From: an uncultured Gemmatimonadales bacterium
GTDB taxonomy: Bacteria > Gemmatimonadota > Gemmatimonadetes > Gemmatimonadales > GWC2-71-9
NCBI GenBank assembly: GCA_963812085.1
Contig: CAWETL010000003.1
Coordinates: forward strand, 215,314 to 279,313
Direction of reading: 5' to 3'
Length of the DNA stretch: 64,000 nucleotides
The notes below the pieces were generated by a model. The model was not told the origin of the DNA. It was given only the letters and a program-made list of their open reading frames with translations, and ran no database searches. Below are positions 54,929 through 64,000 of this stretch, in pieces (within the stretch, counting starts at the first letter, position 1; every line of letters begins with the position of its first letter). Position numbers and translations under genes: made by a program.

Positions 54929-57181
54929 ATGACTCTTCACCGCACCAGTCGTCACTGCCCCGCTGCCCCGCCGCCCCGCTGGTTTCGAGCCGGAGCCGTG
55001 GTCGGGCTGCTCGTACTCCTGGCTTCCCCGGCGCGGGCCCAGTCGCCCGACCAACGGGCCGAGCTCGAGGCCTGGCGCGACACGCTCTCCCAGATCACCG
55101 ACACCATCATGCTGCTCCGCCGCGAGCGGCTCGGCATCATCGACGCCAAGGCCGATCGCGACAACGCGATGCTGCACCTCCACCTCGGCTTCCTCTCCCT
55201 CCGCTTCGGCGACCTGGTCGGCACTCCCCACTACGACGACGCCGCCTCGGAGTTCGAGTGGGCCTCCCAGCTCCAGCCCACCTGGCCCTATGCCTGGTAC
55301 GGCCTCGGCCTCGCCGAACTCGGCATCGGCGACACGCCGATCGCCCTGGTCACCGGCCTCAAGTCCATGTTCGGGAAGGACGCCCTGGCCAAGTCGGCCC
55401 ACGACTTCGCGCAGTCGGCCGTGGTGGACCCGAGCTTCGTCCAGGGCCTGGTCGAACTGGCCAACACCGCCCTGCGCCAGCGGGTCAACATTCGCCTCAA
55501 CGTGGCGCTCGACGCCCTCCGCCTGTCGGCCAGCACATCGGCGGCCAGGAACCCCGAGGTGCTCCTGGCGCGCGGGCGGGTCGAGCGCGAGGTCGGCGAC
55601 CCCGACTCCTCGCAGGCCGCCTTCGAGGGCTACCTGGCGTCGGGCGGGGACCAGGGGCTGGGCTTCCTCGAGCTGGCGCGGACGCAACTCGGCGTGGGGC
55701 TCGACCAGGGCGCCAAGCACTACTACGAGGGGGCGGCCTTCGACGACACGCTGAGCGTGCCGCTCTACCGGAAGGACCTGGCGTACATCGCTTCGCCGGT
55801 GGAACTGGCGGAATTCGACACCGCCGCGGGCGCCGGGCGGGTCGGCTGGCTGGAGCAGTTCTGGAACGGCCGCGACCGCGCGAGCCTCCGGAGCACCAAC
55901 GAGCGGCTCAAGGAGCACTACCGGCGGCTCTACTACGTGCGCCGCAATTTCATGCTGGCCAGCACCAACCGGCACTACCAGATCGAGGAGATCTACCACT
56001 CGGGGAGCACCGAGTTCGACGACCGCGGCATGATCTACCTCAAGCACGGTGACCCGACCGACCGCGCCTCGCTCACCGGGGCCGACGTCGAACCCAACGA
56101 GACCTGGCGGTACGCCCGGCCCGACGGGGACCTCATCTTCAACTTCGTGTCGCGGGAGGACGTGCAGGATTACAAGCTGGTCGAGAGCCTGCTGGACATC
56201 CTGGGCTACTCCACGGCGGTGCAGCTGGAGGGGAGCGACACGCCGCTCGCCTTCAACCCCGCGACCGAGCGGCTGCTGTCGTCCCGCGAGAACCTCTCGC
56301 CGGTCTACACCAAGCTGAAGGGAGCCGGGAGCGGCTCGGTCGGGCGCTACCTGTCGGAGGAGCGGGCCAGCGGGCGCAAGAGCATGGAAGTGGGCACCAC
56401 GACCGACAGCTACGAGCTGCACTTTGCGCACACCCTCAACGCCAAGGTCCAGGTCCTGGCGGTGGGGCACGACTCCGCGGGCGCCCTGGTGCAGGTGGCC
56501 TACGCCGTCCCGGGCTCGGCGCTCATCGCCATCACGACGCCGAGGGGGCAGGTCTATCCGATCCGCCTCCGGTTCGTGGCGCTCGACTCCGCGGGGCGGT
56601 CGGTCGCGGCCATCGACACCACGCGGTTCTTCCTCTCCCGCACGCCGATCCCGACCACCGAGCACCTGGTCGGCCGGGCCCAGGTCCACGTGCCGCCGGG
56701 CGTCCACCGCTACCGGGTGATGCTGCAGGAGGCGGAGGAGCTGGGGGTGGTGTTCCCCACCGATACGGTTCGGGTCAGCAACGACCCGCGGCTGGGAGTG
56801 AGCGACCTGGTCCTGGGCCGCCGGGCCAACAACCTGGCCTGGGTCGCGTCGCCCGAGGACACGGTCTTCATCAACCCGCTCCAGGCCTTCCACCGGGGCG
56901 AGGACATGCAGGTGTACTACGAGGTCTACGGCGCCGCGCCCGGGATGACGCTCAAGACCGAGGTCGCCGTCAAGAAGGGGAGCGGCGGTGGCCTCTTCGG
57001 CGGCGGCTCGGCGATGACCTTCAAGTTCGAGGAGCCGTCGGCGGGACAGGTGGACCGGCTCCTCCGCGACGTGTCGCTCAGCAAGCTCAAGGCGGGGAGC
57101 TACACCATGGTGGTGACGGTGACCCGGCCGGACGGGTTCAGCGACAAGCGCTCGCAGCAGTTCGTCGTCGTAGACCCGTAG
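54929..57181 (+). CDS. Secreted TPR-like / GWxTD-like domain protein
   Basis: Signal peptide. Central block EFDDRGMIYLKHGDPTD...NETWRY resembles the GWxTD-domain signature (recalled from memory). Confidence 0.5.
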   Translation: MTLHRTSRHCPAAPPPRWFRAGAVVGLLVLLASPARAQSPDQRAELEAWRDTLSQITDTIMLLRRERLGIIDAKADRDNAMLHLHLGFLSLRFGDLVGTPHYDDAASEFEWASQLQPTWPYAWYGLGLAELGIGDTPIALVTGLKSMFGKDALAKSAHDFAQSAVVDPSFVQGLVELANTALRQRVNIRLNVALDALRLSASTSAARNPEVLLARGRVEREVGDPDSSQAAFEGYLASGGDQGLGFLELARTQLGVGLDQGAKHYYEGAAFDDTLSVPLYRKDLAYIASPVELAEFDTAAGAGRVGWLEQFWNGRDRASLRSTNERLKEHYRRLYYVRRNFMLASTNRHYQIEEIYHSGSTEFDDRGMIYLKHGDPTDRASLTGADVEPNETWRYARPDGDLIFNFVSREDVQDYKLVESLLDILGYSTAVQLEGSDTPLAFNPATERLLSSRENLSPVYTKLKGAGSGSVGRYLSEERASGRKSMEVGTTTDSYELHFAHTLNAKVQVLAVGHDSAGALVQVAYAVPGSALIAITTPRGQVYPIRLRFVALDSAGRSVAAIDTTRFFLSRTPIPTTEHLVGRAQVHVPPGVHRYRVMLQEAEELGVVFPTDTVRVSNDPRLGVSDLVLGRRANNLAWVASPEDTVFINPLQAFHRGEDMQVYYEVYGAAPGMTLKTEVAVKKGSGGGLFGGGSAMTFKFEEPSAGQVDRLLRDVSLSKLKAGSYTMVVTVTRPDGFSDKRSQQFVVVDP

Positions 57182-57189
57182 CTCCTGCT

Positions 57190-57337
57190 CGTCACCCCGG
57201 TGAAAGCCGGGAGGGACTGCCAGTCGGTCGTCACCCCGGCGAAAGCCGGGAGGGACTGCCAGTCGGTCGTCACCCCGGCGAAAGCCGGGGTCCAGTTGTG
57301 CCGGAACGCTGGACCCCGGCTTCCGCCGGGGTGACGG
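57190..57337. repeat. Family-A element with a 39-nt-period left-arm triplication
   Basis: CGTCACCCCGG(T/C)GAAAGCCGGGAGGGACTGCCAGTCGGT x2, then a full palindrome ...GGGGTCCAG-loop-CTGGACCCC...GGGGTGACGG. Confidence 0.9.
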
Positions 57338-57398
57338 TGCCTGCCCTGCCGCCCCACTGCCTTCCCCGCCTCCCTGCCTCTCTGTAACTTCCATCCCC

Positions 57399-59373
<1,975 letters not shown>

Positions 59374-59388
59374 GCCGCCGAGCGACGA

Positions 59389-59892
59389 TTGCGCGTGCCG
59401 ACCATCCATCCGACCGCCTACGTGGCGCCCACCGCCGTCGTCATGGGGAACGTGACCCTGGGGGCCGAATCGAGCGTCTGGTACACCTCGGTGGTCCGGG
59501 GTGACATGGCGCCGATCGTGATCGGGGCCCGGACCAACATTCAGGACGGGACGATCGTGCACGTGGACGCCGGCTTTCCGTGCACTATTGGCGAGCGGGT
59601 GGGGGTGGGGCACCGGGCCATCCTGCACGGCTGCACGGTGGAAGACGAATGCCTGATCGGGATGGGGAGCGTGCTGCTGAATGGCGTCAGGATCGGGAAG
59701 GGCAGTGTCGTGGCAGCGGGAGCGGTGGTGCCGGAGGGGATGCAGGTGCCGCCGGGCAGCCTGGTGATGGGCGTGCCGGGGCGCATTGTGCGGCAGGTGA
59801 CGCCGGATCTGGCCGAACGGATTACGTCCACCTGGCAGCATTACGTGGATCAGGCCAAGGACCACCGGGCGGGGAAATATCCGGTGGTGTGA
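59389..59892 (+). CDS. Gamma-carbonic-anhydrase-like hexapeptide-repeat protein (YrdA/PaaY family)
   Basis: IHPTAYVAPTAVVMGNVTLG...SVWY..VVRGD...I.IG.RTNIQDGTIVH, a left-handed beta-helix pattern. Confidence 0.85.
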   Translation: MRVPTIHPTAYVAPTAVVMGNVTLGAESSVWYTSVVRGDMAPIVIGARTNIQDGTIVHVDAGFPCTIGERVGVGHRAILHGCTVEDECLIGMGSVLLNGVRIGKGSVVAAGAVVPEGMQVPPGSLVMGVPGRIVRQVTPDLAERITSTWQHYVDQAKDHRAGKYPVV

Positions 59893-59899
59893 CACGGTT

Positions 59900-60000
59900 C
59901 TGTCATTGCGAGGAGGCCCCGCAGGGGCCGACGAGGCAATCTCGGCCTTGGAAGCGGCAATCGAGATTGCTTCGGCCACTCCGTGGCCTCGCAATGACAG
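59900..60000. repeat. Family-B palindromic element, second copy
   Basis: CTGTCATTGCGAGG...CCTCGCAATGACAG termini. Internal hairpins are in reversed order relative to 24893-24979. Confidence 0.8.
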
Positions 60001-60020
60001 AAGGGAGGCGCCGCCACGTT

Positions 60021-60240
60021 CGTCACCCCGGCGCACGAATCGTCACCCCGGCGCACGAATCGTCACCCCGGCGCACGATCGTCACCCCGGCGCAAGCCGG
60101 GGTCCAGCGTTCCGGCACAACTGGATCCCGGCTTTCGCCGGGATGACAGAACGGCTTTCGCCGGGATGACAGAACGGCTTTCGCCGGGATGACAGCGGGG
60201 TTGCGCCGGGATGACGGAGTCCTTCGCCGGGATGACATTG
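60021..60240. repeat. Family-A element with both arms amplified (4 left, 5 right units)
   Basis: CGTCACCCCGGCGCACGAAT x3 plus a full left arm, then the loop, then (AAC)GGCTTTCGCCGGGATGACAG-type units x5. Confidence 0.9.
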
Positions 60241-60299
60241 AATCGGTGTCATGCCGCCCAATTCCTCGCCATCATCTTTGTGATGTTAACACCTGATTT

Positions 60300-60322
60300 G
60301 CCCGTCACTGCGGGCTTTTTTT
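60300..60322 (+). terminator. Rho-independent terminator candidate
   Basis: GCCCG-TCACT-GCGGGC followed by TTTTTTT, in a low-GC spacer. Confidence 0.55.
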
Positions 60323-60417
60323 GACGATTGCTTCGCATCATCGTTTCACCTACTTTGCATCCCACTCTTCGGTACTGTCCCGTTATCTTCTAGAGACATT
60401 CCGAACCACCAAAAATT

Positions 60418-60435
60418 TCCCTTCATATGAAGGGA
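60418..60435. promoter_or_regulatory. Perfect 18-bp palindrome TCCCTTCAT|ATGAAGGGA overlapping the nrdJ Shine-Dalgarno region
   Basis: Read directly. The right half-site contains AAGGGA, 11-16 nt upstream of ATG 60446. Confidence 0.5.
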
Positions 60436-60445
60436 TGGGGCCTGC

Positions 60446-63031
60446 ATGACTCAAACCTCGCCGCGGGGCGCGCTCGACCTGTCCCCGAACGCCCTGACCG
60501 TCCTCGAAAAGCGCTACCTGATCAAGGACGACGCCGGGAAGCCGGTGGAAGCGTCCGAGGACCTCTTCTGGCGTGTGGCGAGGACCATTGCCGGTGCCGA
60601 CAAGAAGTACGGCGCCTCCAGCGGGGCCATCGAGGAGCTGGCCACGGCCTTCTACCGCTCCATGGCGCACCGCGAGTTCATGCCCAACAGCCCCACTCTC
60701 ATGAACGCCGGCCGGCCCCTGGGCCAGCTCTCGGCCTGTTTCGTGTTGCCGGTGGAGGACAACCTCTCCAACGGCAAGAACGGCATCTACGACACCCTCC
60801 GCGCCATGGCGCTGGTGCACCAGTCGGGCGGCGGCACCGGCTTCGACTTCAGCCGGCTCCGGCCCAAGAACGACGTGGTGCGCTCCACCATGGGCGTGGC
60901 CTCGGGCCCGGTCTCGTTCATGTCCCTGTACGACGCCTCCACGGAAGTCGTGAAGCAGGGCGGCACCCGCCGGGGCGCCAACATGGGCATCCTCCGGGTG
61001 GACCACCCCGACATCCTCGACTTCATCGAGTGCAAGTCGGACACCACCAAGATCACCAACTTCAACATCTCGGTGGCCATCACCGACGCCTTCATGACGG
61101 CGGTGGAGCAGGACGCCGAGTACGAGCTCTTCCACCCGCGGAGCAAGGCGGTGGTGGGCAAGCTCCGGGCGCGCGAGGTCTGGGAAAAGATCATCCACGG
61201 CGCCTGGAAGACCGGCGAGCCGGGGGTGTTCTTCATCGACAAGGCCAACTACTACAACCCGGTGCCGCACCTGGGGGCCTACGAGGCCACCAACCCCTGC
61301 GGCGAGCAGCCGCTGCTCCCGTACGACGTGTGCAACCTCGGCTCGATCAACCTCGGCGTCTTCGTCGAGAACGGCTCGCTCAACTGGGACCGGCTCCGGC
61401 AGGCCGTCCACCTCTCGAGCCACTTCCTCGAGAACGTGATCGACGCCAACGCCTATCCGCTGCCCGAGATCACCGACCTGGCCCAGCGGATCCGCCGCAT
61501 CGGGCTCGGGCGTCATGGGCTGGGCGGACGTCTTGATCAAGCTCGGCATCCCCTACGACTCCGAGGAGGCCGTGCACGCTCGGCGCCCGGGTCCAGGCCT
61601 TCGTGGACAACGAGGCCAAGGTGGAGTCGGAGCGGCTGGCGGCCATCCGCGGCCCCTTCCCGGAGTGGGAAAAGAGCATCTGGGGTCCCGACGCCACCTG
61701 CGCCCGCGGCCCCAAGGGAGAGCGCGTCCGCCCGATGCGAAAGCTCCGCAACTGCAACGTCACCACCGTGGCGCCCACCGGCACCATCAGCATCATTGCC
61801 GGCTGCAGCAGCGGGATCGAGCCGCTCTTTGCGGTGGCGTTCATGCGGAACCAGGCCGGCGTGCTGATGCCGGACGTGAACGAAGACTTCGTGGCCATTG
61901 CCAAGCGGGAGGGGTGGTACTCCGAGGCGTTGATGACCCGCATTGCCGAGGCGGGGCACATCAACTTCGAGGAAGTGCCGGAGAAGTGGCAGCGGGTGTT
62001 CGTCACGGCCAATCACATCAAGCCGGAGTGGCACATCCGGATGCAGGCCGGCTTCCAGGAGGCCAACGACAGCGCCATCTCGAAGACCTGCAACTTTGCC
62101 CACGACGCCACCGAGGCGTACGTCGAGGAGATCTACCGCCTCGCGTACCACCTGAACTGCAAGGGCGTGACGGTCTATCGGGACGGCATCGCCGTGACAT
62201 GCAGGTGCTTGTCGACCGGCGCAACGGCCCAGAAGGTCCACGCACAGGCGCTCAGCACTGGTTCCTCAGTGGCAAGGTCCGATCTCGCGCCTGTGGGCGG
62301 GGAAGCGGGGACGCGGGGAAGCTCGGTGGTTGATCAGGCCGACTTGATGGGCGAGTTGGCCGAGATCCGGGCCGAGAATGAACGGCTGCGGAAGATGGTG
62401 CACGACCTGGAGGCCGAGAACCTGCAGCGCCGGCAGAAGCGCTCGCGGCCGGAGGCCCTGAAGGGCACCACCCGCCGGGTGGAGACGCCGCTGGGCACGC
62501 TCTACGTGACCATCACGGAAGACGACCGCGAGCCAGCCGTTCGAGGTGTTCATGAGCCTCGGCAAGGCCGGCGGGGCCCTCATGGCGGACGTGGAGGCGA
62601 TGGGCCGGCTGGTGAGCCTGGCGCTCCGCTCAGGGATCCCGATGAAGGAGATCCACCGGCAGCTCCGCGGCATCAGCTCGGACCGGACCATCGGCCTCGG
62701 CACCCACAAGGTGCTCTCGGTGCCGGACGCGGTGGGCATTGCCATCGAGAAGTGGATGCAGGACAAGCAGGGCATCCAGCAGGAGCTGATCCCGGGCACG
62801 GCGGCCCAGGCCGAGGTGGCGCCGACGGTGAAGGTCACCCAGGGGGCGCAGCAGTTCGAGATGATGAGCCATCACGAGCCGATGGCCGGCGCCTGCCCCG
62901 ACTGCGGCTCCCAGCTGGAGTACGCCGAGGGGTGCATGAAGTGCCACGTGTGCGGGTTTAGTGAATGTGGGTGGTTCCCAGCTGGAATACGCCGAGGGGT
63001 GCATGAAGTGCCACGTGTGCGGGTTCAGTGA
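60446..63031 (+). pseudogene. nrdJ: Class II (adenosylcobalamin-dependent) ribonucleotide reductase, three +1 frame breaks and a duplicated 3' end
   Basis: [67 protein letters not shown] and a C-terminal CPDCG...CMKCHVCG zinc finger. Frame changes near 61508-61511, 61578 and 62528-62533. Confidence 0.85.
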
Positions 63032-63039
63032 ATGTGGGT
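62906..63039 (+). repeat. 67-bp direct tandem duplication of the nrdJ 3' end
   Basis: 62906-62972 versus 62973-63039: 64/67 identical. The junction converts the first copy's TGA into TGG. Confidence 0.9.
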
Positions 63040-63145
63040 GAGGTGAGGGGCGGGATCCGGGTCTGGCGCAGACCCGATTGTCACACCACTCTACTAGCAT
63101 AGGGTGGGCGAGGGGGCCCCGAGAGGGGCCTCCTAGTGTATTCGG

Positions 63146-63607
63146 TTGTTTGTCGAGACGGGGCTCGCTGACAATGTTTGGGTGATCAATCGCCGGAGCT
63201 CACAATTGCAGACTGTCCGCGTGGTTGCATCGGTCATCCGCCGCGATGCTCGCGTGCTGGTGTGCGAGCGTCCAGCGCACAAGCGCCATGGTGGGATGTG
63301 GGAATTTCCCGGTGGAAAGCTCGAACTTGGGGAGACAATTCTCGACGCTGCGCGCCGCGAACTCGCCGAGGAATTGGCGGTCCAGGTTCACTCAGTTGGT
63401 GAACAGCTCTTCGCAATCCAAGATCCTGGCTCGCAGTTCGTAATCGAGTTCCACCATGTTGAGATCACTGGCGAGCCGACATGTCTTGAGCATTCCTCGT
63501 TGGCATGGGTGTCGTACGCAGACCTTGTAAAGCTTCCGCTGGCACCAAGCGATCATCAGTTCGCCCTCTTTCTCGCTGAAAGAGGTCCTCAAGCCAATGG
63601 CGAATAG
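63146..63607 (+). CDS. Nudix hydrolase (MutT-like)
   Basis: Nudix box GGKLELGETILDAARRELAEELAV. TTG 63146 or GTG 63182 start. GC visibly lower than the rest of the window. Confidence 0.75.
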   Translation: MFVETGLADNVWVINRRSSQLQTVRVVASVIRRDARVLVCERPAHKRHGGMWEFPGGKLELGETILDAARRELAEELAVQVHSVGEQLFAIQDPGSQFVIEFHHVEITGEPTCLEHSSLAWVSYADLVKLPLAPSDHQFALFLAERGPQANGE

Positions 63608-64000
63608 GCCTCGACTGACCAGAGCCCCCGCCACAAGGCTTCTTCGTGCTTGGGCACGCAAATGGGGGCTGCCAGGCCTGGAGGACGGCGTGACAGTGAC
63701 ATTCAGCCAGCGTCTCCGGCACACCCTCGGCAAGTGTACCCCCGTTCGTGGCAAGATTGTTTTGAGCGCGGCGCTCCGGTCCGCTCCGACGAGCCAGTTG
63801 GCGCCAGTGCTCTGCCACGAAGCGGCCCATGTGGCGGCCTTCCTACTCTATGGCGGGGCGATCGCCCCTCACGGAAAGGAGTGGGCGGCACTGGTCCGGG
63901 CAGTCGGGCATACCCCCAGTATGAGCCTCCTTCATCGGTCAACTCATACCCTTCAGCTACCTGCCACTCACCGGGGGGCCTTTCGGTTCGAGCATAGGTG
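63597..64000 (+). CDS. SprT-like zinc-metallopeptidase-domain protein (3' end beyond the window)
   Basis: Frame open from ATG 63597 to the window end, so it is absent from the ORF track. RLRHTLGKC...GKIVLS...LCHEAAHVAA (HExxH). Overlaps the Nudix stop by 11 nt. Confidence 0.5.
   Translation, partial: MANRPRLTRAPATRLLRAWARKWGLPGLEDGVTVTFSQRLRHTLGKCTPVRGKIVLSAALRSAPTSQLAPVLCHEAAHVAAFLLYGGAIAPHGKEWAALVRAVGHTPSMSLLHRSTHTLQLPATHRGAFRFEHR

Noticed and set aside
60240-60446. Cobalamin riboswitch or NrdR boxes upstream of nrdJ.
   Set aside because: I could not find a B12-box-like core or paired 16-bp NrdR-type palindromes by eye. Only the 18-bp palindrome is reported. A covariance-model scan is needed for certainty.
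62180-62460. Possible intein in nrdJ between TVYRDG and RSRPEALKG.
   Set aside because: The insert is only about 85 aa. It lacks the Cys/Ser N-terminal junction, block B TxxH and the terminal HN + Cys/Ser/Thr. It looks like a variable linker carrying a short repeat motif.

Overview
Very GC-rich bacterial chromosomal fragment. The phylum cannot be fixed without a database search; the gene content would fit a Gemmatimonadota- or Acidobacteriota-like organism. No rRNA, tRNA, CRISPR array or cas gene was recognised by eye.

Gene content, in order:
- 1-7.7 kb: the distal S10/spc ribosomal operon (L29, S17, L14, L24, L5, S14, S8, L6, L18, S5, L30, L15, SecY, Adk, Map). It stops abruptly at a REP-palindrome cluster next to a REP-associated tyrosine transposase (RAYT).
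- 8.4-13.8 kb: suhB-like phosphatase, trpS, a divergent PilT-like ATPase, an M28 peptidase and purA.
- 13.8-21.9 kb (minus strand): two paralogous, circularly permuted minor-pilin sets (FimT/GspH-, PilV-, PilW-like, plus a roughly 600-640 aa PilX-like protein in each).
- 22-33 kb: glyQS, a Cys/Met PLP enzyme, an operon of poorly characterised proteins ending in an HDAC-family deacetylase, a dipeptide epimerase and priA.
- 33-43 kb: fur-ccdA, a sulfatase, a SIMPL protein, an ABC exporter and ggt.
- 43-48.5 kb: a murQ-anmK-nagZ-SSS-transporter peptidoglycan-recycling cluster.
- 50-59.4 kb: a Ser/Thr signalling neighbourhood (FHA protein, PP2C, an Amidase_3 protein, a GWxTD-like protein, and a Zn-ribbon kinase with PEGA and TonB_C-like parts).
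- 59.4-64 kb: a gamma-CA-like protein, class II RNR (nrdJ), then a lower-GC tail with a Nudix gene and an SprT-like gene.

Most unusual features:
1. At least four short repeat families fill intergenic spaces, and some lie inside coding linkers. One palindromic element has tandemly amplified arms.
2. The 3' ends of both the SSS transporter gene and the FHA gene are duplicated around a lower-GC lipoprotein cassette. This looks like an integration scar.
3. The nrdJ 3' end carries a 67-bp tandem duplication.
4. Nine reading-frame breaks occur in five otherwise conserved genes. Every one is a +1 shift, which more likely reflects sequence quality than biology.
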